64,000 bases of DNA from NCBI RefSeq assembly GCF_963921235.1, contig NC_086097.1, positions 151,530,001-151,594,000 on the forward strand, written 5' to 3'. The position numbers were made by a program, and so were the translations under genes. Origin of the DNA: Mobula hypostoma (Eukaryota). Positions 49,959-62,439 of this stretch are shown piece by piece. Under the pieces are notes generated by a model that made no database searches, was not told the DNA's origin, and saw only the letters and a list, made by a program, of their open reading frames with translations. Numbering within the stretch: position 1 is the stretch's first letter; each line of letters opens with the position of its first letter.

Positions 49959-51370
49959 ACTGAAGGAAGAGTTAGTAAGAGATTTGAAAGTGGGAGGGGG
50001 AGGGGGAGATCCAAAATGATAGGAGAAGACAGGAGGGGGAGGGATGGAGCCAAGAGCTGGACAGGTGATTGGCAAAGGGGATATGAGAGGATCATGGGAC
50101 AGGAGGTCCGGGGAGAAAGACAAAGGGGGGGGGGACCCAGAGGATGGGCAAGGCGTATAGTCAGAGGGACAGAGGGAGAAAAAGGAGAGTGAGAGAAAGA
50201 ATGTGTGTATAAAAATAAATAACGGATGGGGTACGAGGGGGAGGTGGGGCATTAGCGGAAGTTAGAGCAGTCGATGTTCATGCCATCAGGTTGGAGGCTA
50301 CCCAGACGGAATATAAGGTGTTGTTCCTCCAACCTGAGTGTGGTTTCATCTTTACAGTAGAGGAGGCCATGGATAGACATGTCAGAATGGGAATGGGATG
50401 TGGAATTAAAATGTGTGGTCACTGGGAGATCCTGCTTTCTCTGGCGGACAGAGCGTAGGTGTTCAGCAAAGCGGTCTCCCAGTCTGCGTCAGGTCTCGCC
50501 ACTATATAGAAGGCCACATCGGGAGCACCGGACGCAGTATATCACCCCAGTCGACTCACAGGTGAAGTGTCGCCTCACCTGGAAGGACTGTCTGGGGCCC
50601 TGAATGGTGGTGAGGGAGAAAGTGTAAGTGCATGTGTAGCACTTCTTCCGCTTACGAGGATAATTGCCAGGAGGGAGATCAGTGGGGAGGGATGGGGCGG
50701 ACGAATGGACAAGGGATTCGCGTAGGGAGCGATCCCTGCGGAAAGCGGGGGGGAGGGAGGGAAAGATGTGCTTAGTGGTGGGATCCCATTGGAGGTGGCG
50801 GAAGTTACGGGAGAATAATATATTGGACCCGGAGGCTGGTGGGTTGGTAGGTGAGGACCAGGGGGACCCTATTCCTAGTGGGGTGGCGGGAGGAAGGAGT
50901 GAGAGTAGATGTACGTGAAATGGGGGAGATGCGTTTGAGAGCAGAGTTGATAGTGGAGGAAGGGAAGCCCCTTTCTTTAAAGATGAAGCCACACTCAGGT
51001 TGGAGGAACAACACCTTATATTCCATCTGGGTAGCCTCCAACCTGATGGCATGAACGTCGACTTCTCTAACTTCCACTAATGCCCCACCTCCCCCTCGTA
51101 CCCCATCCGTTATTTATTTTTATACACACATTCTTTCTCTCACTCTCCTTCTCCCTCTGTCCCTCTGACTATACCCCTTGCCCATCCTCTGGGTTCCCCC
51201 CCTCCTTGCCTTTCTCCCCAGACCTCCTGTCCCATGATCCTCTCATATCCCCTTTGCCAATCACCTGTCCAGCTCTTGGCTCCATCCCTCCCCCTCCAGT
51301 CTTCTCCTATCATTTTGGATCTCCCCCTTCCCCTCCCACTTTCAAATCTCTTACTAACTCTTCCTTCAGT

Positions 51371-51408
51371 TAGTCCTGACGAAGGGTCTCGGCCTGAAAC
51401 GTCGACTG
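51371..51408 (+). ncRNA. Minimal hammerhead ribozyme
   Basis: TAGTC-CTGACGA-AGG(gtctcgg)CCT-GAAAC-GTC-GACTG. Confidence 0.8.
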
Positions 51409-52774
51409 TACCTCTTCCTAGAGATGCTGCCTGGTCTGCTGAGTTCACCAGCAACTTTGATGTGTGTTGCTTGAATTTCCAGCATCTGCAGAATTCCTGT
51501 TGTTTAGTAGTAACCTTTGGGAAGGTAATCTACCAGGCTACTATTTGCTACGTTATGTACTATTTGCTACATTTGACTAGAAAATAAGAACTGACAGAGG
51601 AATATTCTTCCTCTTTAAAAAAAAACTCACAAAGACCTATCCTCTGCAATGCTCTAAGATAGAGAATTCAAGTGACTCACTAACTTTGTAAGAAGTTCCC
51701 ATAGACTCTAGTTATAAATGACAACTTCTTTTCTTTAAATAAGGCCCTCATTTGGGTTTCGTCCACCAGTGAAATGATTTGCCATCTACCCTATCATATC
51801 CACTTCGTGTTTAAATAAGATCACCGCATATCACGCTACATGCCAAAGAATATAGATTTAATTTCTTCAGTTGTTTGTGATAAGACAAATCTCTCGTCCC
51901 TGGAATTGCCTTGCTGAATCTCTTGCCAATATCTTCAGTGCTTGTATATCTTTTCTAAAGTAATGAGAAAAAAATTGTGCATAGAACTCCAGATACTTTC
52001 CAATTGCTAAACTTCAGCCCTCTCGTTGCTTGCTGCACTTCTCTGCAGTTCATGCACAAGAAGATCACTTTGCTCATCTGCAATCTTTCTCCATTTAGAT
52101 AATAGTCTGCCTTTTATATTCCTTTTGTCAGATATACATTCTCATTCTCATATTAATTCAATGATTAAATAATTAAAATTTATAAAGTTATTAAATTGCA
52201 GTTGGTCAATAAAACTCATCAATTGAAGTAGATGTAATACAGAAAAAAAATCACATGTGAGCAATTTAATGACGGACTGATAAAGGTTTACCTCTACTTC
52301 AACTTAAGGCAAAGTCAATTACACCAAAAAAACTCAGCTTTGGCACTAATTAATTATGCAATCTCCAGAAAGATGGCTGATTTGATTTGAGAATGAGAAT
52401 GTGACACTTTATAAAGGTGTAAATGGCAGTCTGGTGTGAAGGTAGTGATGTACATTCTTAAATAACTGTGAATTTGTTCAGGACAAAGAGAACCGATGGA
52501 AGAATGCTGTGTTGTGCCAAAGTAAAGAGGGAACACACTGGAATAATTTAAATTCTCGGTGGCTATGAAACTAAGTTACTGATGAAATTGAGCAAAGAAT
52601 AAAAATCATAAACAGAATGTAACACATTGTTTCAGGTCTTGATCTTTTATCAGAATAAGTACCATTTTTTCAATATTTTTGTATCAAAAAAACTAAAATA
52701 AAAGAGCATAAAAGCCCACAGAAGAAGAGTCCTGAAATGATAAGGGAAAGTACACCCTTTTTTATGTTCTTTCA

Positions 52775-53385
52775 AGGGATGAGTGTTCTGCAGGCTGAAC
52801 CAGCATTTATTGCACATCCCTAATTTCTCTTGAAAATATGGTGGTCAGCTGCATTCTTGAATGGCTGTAGTCCTTGAGGTCCGGGTATTCCCACAATGCT
52901 GTGAGGAAGAAAGGCCCAGTGACAGTGAATGAGTATTGATATATTCCCAAATTAGGATGGCATGTGGCTTGGAGGGCAGCCTCGGGGTAGTGGTGTTCTC
53001 AAGCTTTTACTGTTCTTGTCCTTCAAGGTCATATCTTGGAAGGTGTTGCCCAGAATTCTGGTGAGTAGCTGCGATGCATCCTATGCATGGCACAGGTTGC
53101 TGCCACTGTGAGTCAGTGGTGCAGTGAGTCAATGATTGTAAATTGGGTGTCTATCAACTGGGCGACTATGTCCTGTATAGTGTCAAGCTTCTTGAGTGCT
53201 GTTGAATCTGCACTCATTGAAGCAAGAGGTGAGTATTCCATCACACTCCTAACTTGAGCCTTGTATATAGTGGACAACCTTTGGGGAGTTAGGAGGTGAG
53301 TTACTTGCCACAGAATTCCTACCCTCTGACCTGCACCCCATTGTGTATTAGACAGCTCCAGTTCAGTTTCTGGGTAGGTGTATCA
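52775..53385 (-). mobile_element. Old CR1/L2-clade LINE 3' fragment
   Basis: ccagcatttattgcacatccctaatt 3' motif followed by degraded RT C-terminal sequence; related plus-strand remnant near 34790-35040. Confidence 0.55.
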
Positions 53386-53679
53386 TCCCAAAAGGCTTAA
53401 ACATAGAACTATAAGAGAGTTTTGAAAATAAATGGACTAGGGTGATATTCAATACCTAGTTGCAGAAGTTAGTGGTGTTGCCTCCCAACTCCAGAGTCAT
53501 AGGTTCAATTCTGATCTCTGGTGATGTCTGAGTGGAATTTGCACATGCTCTCTGTGACAACATGTATTTTTCCCACCTTTTGATCCAGTTCATTAGTAAC
53601 TGTAAATTGTCCCCAAAGTAAGTGGAAATTGATAGGGAAAAGAGGGGAAAATACCATTAGTGTTGATTGAGAGCAAATT

Positions 53680-54068
53680 TTTTCCCTCCCCCTTCCTTCT
53701 TCTTCTATGCCCCACTCTGGCCTCTTACCTCTTCTCCTCACCTGCCTATCACCTTCCCCTAGGTCCCCTCTCCTTCCCTTTCTCCCATGGTCCACTCTCC
53801 TCTCCTATCAGATTCCTTCTTTTCCAGCCCTTTTCCTTTTCTATCCAGCTGGCTTCACCGATCACCTTCCAGCTATCCTCTTTCCCCTCTCCCTCACTTT
53901 TTATTCTGGCATCTTCCCCCTTCCTTTCCAGTCCTGAAGAAGGGTCTCGACCCCAAGCATCAACTGGTTTTTCTCTCATTCCCATCAATGCTGCCTGACC
54001 TGCTGAGTTCCTCTAGCATTTTCTGTGCGTTGCTTCGGATTTTCAGCAACTGCGGAATTTATCATGTT
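53680..54068 (+). mobile_element. Penelope-derived 3' tail with degenerate hammerhead
   Basis: Pyrimidine-rich UTR, cagtcctgaagaagggtctcgaccccaagcatcaactg (GAAA lost), gctgcctgacctgctgagttcc. Confidence 0.75.
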
Positions 54069-55309
54069 TGGAATCTGTTATCTTTCTCAAAGGAGGTTGT
54101 AAGGGAAGCCAATCGAAGTAATTTTGGTGAGCCACAACAGTGGCCTGGATAATATCAAGCTTCTTCAATGTTGGTAGAATTCCATCAGACTCCTTGATCC
54201 TTGTGAATGTAACGTGTTTGAGTGTTTGAACTCCGTATTAGAGTTTTCTGTACATCCAAGTAGAAGAATAGGATCTCAGTCCTCTGTTCATCAAAATAGA
54301 ATATGCTGTTTTAGAAGGTGAGCCTGTCCTCTGAAGATCCAAACTCACATCACATAACATAGAACATAGTAGAGCATTGGACAAGCCATCTGGCCCACGA
54401 TGTTCTAAGGAAAACAATCCAAGTCTGTCCAACCTGTTCTTGTAGCTCCTATTCTCTAATCCAAGCAGCTCATATCCTCTAATCCATTCAAGAAATCAGC
54501 TTTCCTTTCCCAGCTCCCAATTATATCACTTCAAGTAGCACCAGAACTATTTCTGTTAGGGCCTGTTTTCCTATTAGAGATCCAAGTTGTGGCCCAGTGT
54601 AGCAGCAGTGACACTCGAAATGCATGTATGATGATCTTTAGCACAGCTGCATGCCCAATATCACCAATGAATTTTACACCTCAGTTCAGTCATGTGGCAT
54701 TCAGAAAATCAACTTCCAAGCAAGCCTATTAGTCCACTTAGCCTTCCCTTCCAAGGTATGTTCAGTTTTTGTGCTCTAATAACCGATTGCTTCATCATTT
54801 GTGGAATTGCTTATGAGGAGCGAAGTAAAATTTAAGAAATTGTTGAAAAATATCAACAATTTTTGTCCACTGGCCAATCACCACAGATGCAAAGAAGCAG
54901 ACACACACTGAAGGATAACTCAAATCAAACTGGATTGGGAGCAAGTTTCCACATTTGCTGCACCCTCCCACACTGCTGCCAAAATAAGAAGTATTGTTAT
55001 GCTGTCTAGCTCCCTTTTGTGCGAAATCAATACTTGCTGCAGAAAATTTACTCATCAAATCTTAGAAAGGAGATGCATCATTGAACAGCTATTATGTGAT
55101 AACTACCTTTCCTGGAAAAGAGACAATTCCTGTTGCCTGTACACATTTTTTGAAGTTTGGCCATGCTGTGGCTTACTCATCTTAGTCTTACACTGTTCCT
55201 ATATAGACCAAACCCGATGCAAGTTCATTTAAACTCTTGACCCTGAAAAAGATCAGTGTAGAATGGTGGTATATGGACCATGTGAACCCCAAGGGAAAGC
55301 AATGATAAA

Positions 55310-55475
55310 CATGTGTGATTTGCGAGTGCTGGAAATCCAGAGTAAATAGTTAACATTTCTTGCCAAGACCCTTCATCGGGACTGTTGAAGGGTCTCGTCT
55401 TGAAACGTTGAAAGTTTATTCCTTTTCATTGATGCTGTCTGACCTGCAGAGTTCCTCCAGCATTTGTATGTGTTA
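55310..55475. mobile_element. Miniature head-to-head Penelope terminal-repeat element
   Basis: Minus half ..acatttcttgccaagacccttcatcgggact abuts plus half gttgaagggtctcgtcttgaaacgttg..gagttcctccagcatt. Confidence 0.65.
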
Positions 55476-56923
55476 ATCAGGAAATCAATGATGATGGCAC
55501 TGACTCATCTGGATTGCAACCCTGCAGGTGTCAATACAGGACTCATGAGGGATGGTGCTTCACCTACATGTAAATATGCTGAGTAGAATAGAATAGACAT
55601 GCACTCCGTGTTTCAGGAACTGTTTCTACGCGCGCCCCCCCCCCCCCGCCATCAGATTTCTATTATTACGTATTGCACATACTGTTGCAACAAAACAACA
55701 AATTTCATGACAAGTGCCAATGATGTTATACCTGATTCTGATTCTCTACACATCTTCATTTTCAGTTTCTTTACAGTCCCCCATCACTGCCTTCCATTCC
55801 ACAACCAATGTTGTGTAATGACCTCAAAACTGCATTCTCACTTTTCCAACATTATTTCTCGATGGAGTTTCCAAGATTTCTCTCGCTTCTCTACCTCAGC
55901 AATTTCACTTTAGGATTTGAATCCTCAATTTCAGATCCCTTTGTGACTTCTTCCCCAGTCACACTCAACCAGTAAACTGCAATGCTCCCAACCTTCCATC
56001 TGCCCCTCCCTTATCAATATCAAGTGATCTCCTGCCCTCCTGCCTGGTGCTCATGGAGTATGGTTACCTTTCGTTTCCTGCTTCTCTTTCTACAGCTCCT
56101 TCAGAGGATTCAGTTTTATTCATTGGGTTCCACCTGCTGCTGACCCCTCTGACCAGTCTGCGTTCATAATCTCCCAAAAAGCCCTGACTCCAAATAATAC
56201 TTTCGTACCTTTCATTTTGCTTACCCTTTCAGACACCCTCAATGCTCACTGTTTCACTAGACCTCTTAAGTGGGGTCTTCCTGTGTAGAAGGGACGTACA
56301 GTACTGAATTGATTTAATTTGCAACTTGGCTTCCTTTAATTAATGTGACATTCCCTACTAATGTGACATTAGTAGGACTTACAAATCTAACACACGAGTG
56401 GGAAACATTATCTATTGTGAGCAGCCAAGCTGCCTGGGCATGGCAGTGAGAACTATTGTACCAATCAGCCTCATTAAAGTACCTCTGAGAACCTGCTGAC
56501 AGATATAGACCAGGTTAACTGCCACGAAGCCACTGGCAAGCAGTGGTGACTTCAGGGGCAACTAGTGGTCTGTGAAGAATGGGGGTGGTGGGGCACTGGT
56601 TAGGTTAATGTTTCCCTTGGGGGCTCTGAAAGAACACGTCGTCACATAGAGAAATAAGTAAACGGCTTTCTCAGTGATCTGACCGGATCTTGCAAACTGT
56701 GTTGGCCAGCAAGATCTACTCAATCAGACAGGTTTAACTCTCCCTGATATCTAGTTCAGAGGTCACTCTTTTATGGTCGGAAGATAATGCAAATGTATAA
56801 TTAAGAACTGGACATCAAAGGGAAACTCCTAGAATAAGAAGGCATAGAAAGTACAAGTGCTTATGTGTCTGACAAACATGGGAGAGCAGTATAATAAAGA
56901 AAGTATGTATTATATCAGGATTG

Positions 56924-57816
56924 CATAAGTCCTGATGAAGGATCTCGGCCTGAAATATCAACTGTTTATCATTCTCCATAGATGCTGCCTACGTTCCTGC
57001 AGCATTTTAGATTATGAGAACACTCAGTCCTCGTTTATTGTCATTTAGAAATGCATGCATGCAATAAGAAATGATACAATGTTCCTCCAGAGTGATACCA
57101 CAGAAAAACAGGACAAACCAAAGACTAACACTGACAGAACACATAATTATAACATATAGTTACAGCAGTGCAAAGCAAAACCATAATTTGAGGAAGAGCA
57201 GACCATGGACACGGTAAAAAAAAGTCTCAAGGTCCCGATCGACTCCCGAGTCCCCGATAGCAGGCGACAAAAGGGAGAAACTCCCTGCCATAAACCTCCA
57301 GGCACCGAAAACTGCCGATGCATTGGAAGCGACCAACAACAGCCGACACTGAGTCCATCCATCCGAAAACTTCGAGCCTCCGACCAGCCCCTCCAATACC
57401 ACCTTCCAGGTGCCATCCTCTGCCGAGCGCCTTCGACTTTGCCCCGGCCGCCAAAACAAGCAAAGCCGAGGATTCAGGGCCTTCTGTTCCAGAGATTCTG
57501 GACCACACAGCAGCAGCGGCAGCGAAGCGGGCATTTCAGAAGTTTTTCCAGATGTTTCTCCGTACTCTCACATCTGTCTCCATCAAATCAGAATTGTGCA
57601 CGGTATCCTACTTGACAGATTACAAATATCATTCACCAGAGTGGCCGCGCGCGCTGTGTCACGTCGCCATCTTCTCCTCCTCCTTTTGTATGTGTTAGTC
57701 TGGATTTTAGCAGCTGCAAAATCTCTTGTGTTTATTTTCTTGACCCGAAACGTCGACTGTACTCTTTTCTTAAACACTGTCTGGTCTGCTGAGTTCCTCC
57801 AGCATTTTTTGTGTGT
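56924..57816 (+). mobile_element. Tandem Penelope terminal repeats with nested insertion
   Basis: Two direct partial copies (56928-57735, split by the insert, and 57740-57816); flanks tattatatcaggattg (56908-56923) / tattatatcagggttg (57817-57832). Confidence 0.7.
57009..57683 (-). mobile_element. Non-autonomous retroelement with CpG-rich 5' end and Rex1/L2-like tail
   Basis: Minus 5' GGAGGAGGAGAAGATGGCGACG..; 3' gacaataaacgaggactgag..ataatct; TTTT on both sides; host repeat resumes after it. Confidence 0.7.
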
Positions 57817-57959
57817 TATTATATCAGGGTTGAGTTCTATACACATCAACCAACTGCAACGAAAGACATCTAGTTTCCGCTGTAGGCATTAAATGTATAA
57901 TCTTATGTGTGAAGTATCTTGTAATGCTTTACAATATATTGTTAACTGAATCAGGCAGG

Positions 57960-58263
57960 AGTTACCATAGCGTTAGGACAAAAGCTGTTAGGATGAAGAA
58001 ACAGCTTCTTCCCCGAGGCCGCAACATGACTGAACTCCCTGCCACCACCCAGGTCTCATCACGCGTGAAGGACAAGTAGAGTTGTTCTATTTACTTTTAA
58101 ACTTGTATCTCAAAGGCTCCTTCTATCTTGTTAATTTACTAGTGGTAATATTACTTTCTGTGTTATGTGTGTGAGTTGTGTGAGTTCTGTGTCCAGAGGA
58201 ACATTGTTGCATTCATGTACATGTGCACAGTTGAATGACAATAACCTTGAACCTGAACTTGAA
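57960..58263 (+). mobile_element. Rex1/L2-type 3' tail
   Basis: aaacagcttcttccccgaggcc.., gacaataaccttgaacctgaacttgaa hexamer tail. Confidence 0.7.
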
Positions 58264-58269
58264 TATTGC

Positions 58270-59900
58270 TGTCACTTGCAGTGAGACAGAGTGAAAGGCT
58301 TTGTGTGCCATTTGTACAGATCATTCCATATATACTGTAAGTCCTATGCATCAAGGTACTAAGAAAAAAAAGCAGAACACGCAAAATAGTGTGACAGTTA
58401 TGGAGAAAGTGAAGTGTAGTAGACAAGTAAAGTGCAAGCACCATGGCAAAGTAGGTTTGAAGATCAAGTGTTCATCTTTTAGTGTATCTGAGGGTTGTTC
58501 AAGATTCTGATAACAACTTGTTTAAGTTGGCTGCTTTACAAATGCAGTGGGAAGTACGGACTTAGTCAATGCAGGGAAGACTGTGTGATAGACTGGTCTC
58601 TGTCCACAACTCTGCAGTTTCTTGCGGTCTTGGACAGAGTAGTTGCCATACCAAGCTGTGATTGTTTAAGTAATCAAGGGCAAGGTGAATTTCTATAGTT
58701 TTCTAAAGAAGTAGAAGTGCTGATGTGCTTTCTTGACGTTGGCATACATACGTCTGGAGCAAAGCAAATTGTTGGTGATATTTACAACTAGCTACTCTAA
58801 GCCACGTCCACCTCAGAATCTCTGATATAGACAGGGGCACGTATACCAACCCACTTCCAGAAGTCAGTGACCAGCTTTTCTCATTTTGCTGATATTGAGC
58901 ACGAGATTGGTGTTTTGACTCCATGCTACCAGGCTTTTTACCTCTGTCCTGCACTGCATCTCATAGTTTGAGATCTGGCCCACCAGCTGGAGTCAGCTAC
59001 AGACTTGTAAATGGAGTTAGAGCAGATTTTGGCCACATAGTCATTAGTGTATAGGAAGTAAAGCAGGAGGTGAAAATAGGGCACCTGTGTTGGGGATACA
59101 GTAATCATGGTGAAAGTGTTGTTGCCTCTCCTTATTGATTGCAAACTGTTGATCAAGAAGTCATGGATTCAGTTGCAGAAAAGGGTTACAGAGACGTGGG
59201 CCAAGGAGTTTGGAGGTAAGTTTGTTATCCGTATGTTCCAAAGATGAATGTAGGACCAAGAAGTGGCATCCACCAGGGGTCTGCCACGGTGATAGGGAGA
59301 CTGCAGTGGGTCGTGTTCGTCTAGGAGGTTGGAAGCACCTCAAAGCATTTCATGATGGATGTCAGAGCCACTGGATAGTAGTTGTATAGGCACATTATCA
59401 TTTTTTTTTAGCATTAGGATGATAGTGGTTTTTTAAAGCAGGTGGGATCCTTGGGCTGAAGTAGGGAGAAGTTAAAGGTATCTGTGAATACACCCACCAG
59501 CTGCTTTGCACACAATCAAGAAATACATCTAGGTCGGTTACTTTCCACGGGTTGACCCTCAGGAAGGCTGATCTGACATCTGTGACTGTGACCATGGCTA
59601 CAAGCATATCAAAGGCTGTTGGGGTGGGTGGCATCGTTTCACCGATATTCTGTTTTAAAAATGCATAGAATACATTGAGCTCATTGGTAAGGGGTGTGTT
59701 ATTACCAACTAGATATATTGCCTGACTTTGCTTTCTAGCCCTTTAAAGCCTGACGGCAAAATTGGTGGCTTGTGTGTCACTGCAGCTGGGTCTGGTATTT
59801 TCTCTTGATGGCTTTGCAAAATTCATACATAGATTTTCTATATAGGTCAGGGTCACACTTCTTGACAGGAAGTCTAAGTACGAGATGTTAAAACCACCAA
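58270..59900 (-). mobile_element. Old degraded Rex1/L2-type LINE
   Basis: ORF remnants LLYFLYTNDYVAK..SIYKSVAD and VRSAFLRVNPWKVTDLD. Confidence 0.7.
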
Positions 59901-60902
59901 TGATATTGCTGTTGCTATCCCGGAAGTTGGGGGCACCAAGTAATGAAGCCACAGCACGTGGTCAATCCAGAGTCTCTAGAAAATAGCCACTATCCTGACT
60001 CAAAAGCACTGAGTGATATGCTGGTGCTTTTCTTACCCTTTTTGTGTTGACAAGGTCAAGGCATAGTTTGGAATGGGAAAAACAGTTGCTGAAAATCTGG
60101 AAAAATGCTGAAGGTGCACAGTACTCGGGCAGCATCTGTGAGAGTTATCATTTGATGACCTTTCATTAGAACTAGGAAAAGTTAGAAGTCCAGTGTGTTT
60201 TAAGAGATGGAGAAGAGGGATGTGTGGAAAGAGCAGAAGCAATGCTTGGGAAAGGTGGACACCAAGGGAGATGTGGAGGTTTTGGAGATGGTGCAGAAGA
60301 GCTTCAACAGGATGCTGCCTGGATTAGAGAGTATTAAGCTTGAGATATAACAAAATGATGAAAATACTCAGATTGTCAGGAACTATCTGTGACAGGTAAA
60401 AGGCCAAGTTAATTTTATAGTTTAGTGATCTGTCATCAGAACTAGCTAATTTTAGTACAAATTGGAGAGGTAGGTTATCTGAAATAGTTGAATCCTGAGA
60501 GCTGTACCACACTGAATTGGAAGATAAAATATTGTTCCTTGAGTTCATATTGGGCTTTTCTGGAACAGTGTAGGTAACCAAGGAGAGCATGTTTAGAGTG
60601 AGTTGTAGACAAAGTGACAGGCAACTGGAAACTTGTGATTACTCTTTCAGACGGAACAAAATGTGCACTAAATTGGTCACTCAATCATTCTATGGTGTTT
60701 CAATTATGGAGGGTATTTCATTACTATTATTATAAAAGGCTAAATAATTTTTATGACGTTCAAGTGAATTACTGCTTCTCCTAGAAGGAATGTTTGTATT
60801 TCTGGATAATGAGAAAGGGAGGAATAGAAGGGCAAATATTATGTATCCTTCAGTGTTGGTAAGGTGCTGTAAAAAGGAAAATAATGGTCACAGTCCAGTG
60901 AC

Positions 60903-61800
60903 TTCAAAGTTCAAAGTAAATTTATTATCAAACCACATATTTGTCACCATATATAACCCTAAAATTCATCTCTATGTGGGCTTACTCAGCAAATCCAAAA
61001 AGCACAGTCAAATCAATGAAAGAGTGCACCCAGCAGGATGGATTAACAAACAATGTGCACAAGACAACAAACAGTGCAAATACAAAAGAAAAAAGAAATA
61101 AATAAAAAAACAATAAATATTGAGAACAGGAGATGAAGAGTCCTTGGAAATGAGTCCATAGGTTGTGGGAACAGTTCAACGATGGGATAAGCGAAGCTGA
61201 GTGAAGTTATTCTCACTGGATCAAGAGCCTGATTGTTCCTGAACCTGGGGTTTTGTGTCCTACCTTCTTCCTGATGTTAGCTGTGAGAGGAGAACATGGC
61301 TGAGGTGCTGGAGGTCCTTGATGATGGATGCTGCTTTCCTGTGACAGCACTCTGTGTAGGTGTGCTCAATGGTGGGAAAGGCTTTACCCATGATGGACTG
61401 GGCCGTATCCGTTACTTTTTGTAGGATTCTCCATTCAACAGCAGTGGTGTTTCCATATCGGGCCATGATATAACCAATCAATATACTCTCCTCCACACAT
61501 CTATTGCAGTTTGTCAAAGTTTTACATGCCATGCCGAATATTCGCAGACATCTAAGAAAGTAGTGGATTGTTAAAGTGCTGTGTTTTTGTTGTTGTTTGG
61601 CTCTTAAATTGATCAAACCTTGGACCTTTCCTTGCTCTTCCCGGCTCCACCTCAAGTTGCCTCCAAGTCCGCTCCGACAACTCCTGCATGGACAAACATC
61701 CTGCCCCAGCGAGACCCCAGTCACACCGCAAAAATGCCAGATTGTAAAGGCAGTTCAACTCAACTCCGACAGGGAAGCCACGGGCCGCTATTTGGCAGTA
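60903..61800 (-). mobile_element. Rex1/L2-type element, internally deleted
   Basis: ORF 61260-61724 (FLRCLRIFGM..ESILIG..RKAASIIKDLQHLSH); tail ttcaaagttcaaagtaaatttattatc; related tail fragments near 35817 and 41788. Confidence 0.8.
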
Positions 61801-62439
61801 ATTGTTTCCCAGAAACAGTGTGAATAATTAAATATTTAGTTGCTTTCTTTGTTTCATTGACCACTAGCAAGATGTCGCTTAAAGCTGTAAACAGCGCCTT
61901 CTTAAGTCGGAAGCCTTCATGAGTAAGGGAAAATTGATACATTTTTAGTCTAGATCTGGAACTGGTAGCTACCATCATGGTTGTTTAACTTATATAGACT
62001 TCTGTCCTGAAACTGAATTGATGTTGGTAGAGATGTAAATGTTATCAGCTGTAACATTTACTCAGTTTCCACCTCCACAGCTGCTGCTTGACCTGTGGTA
62101 TATTTCCAACGTTCTCTTTTATTCCATGTCCTGCAACTGCAGTTACATATTTATGTCATAGTTCCACAATTCTTTATCACTGCTTTCTTTTTTGTAGCCT
62201 TTGAATTCTTTCTACTTGCACCTCCATCAGACAGCTCAGCTGCATTTAACAAGCCTTCACCACAGTAATGTTGATAGATTTTACCAGTGCGTAGTTTCAG
62301 TGGTATACATTGCAGTATCATCTAGCAAAAATCTCCTTTTCTCTTTAGGAGTTATTTTTGACTCTGCCAGTACTATGATAAGCTACGCGTGGATTCATGG
62401 TCAAGGTCTTAAATTAATGCTTCTCGTCTATATTTACTC

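Larger units (their letters stand above)
49864..51500. mobile_element. Young fold-back Penelope-like insertion (minus 49864-50981, plus 50978-51500)
   Basis: Both arms closely match 5641-7124; junction shares TAAA; perfect 14-bp TSD tgtttagtagtaac at 49850-49863 and 51501-51514. Confidence 0.93.

Noticed and set aside
9277..53966. Other hammerhead-like copies at ~9277, ~47240 (minus), ~48657 and ~53929
   Set aside because: Core positions mutated (CTGATGT, CTGCTGA, CTGCCGA, CAAG for GAAA); treated as inactive relics
57147..57892. Several 90-160 aa ORFs on both strands
   Set aside because: GC-rich repeat with few stops; no recognisable domain
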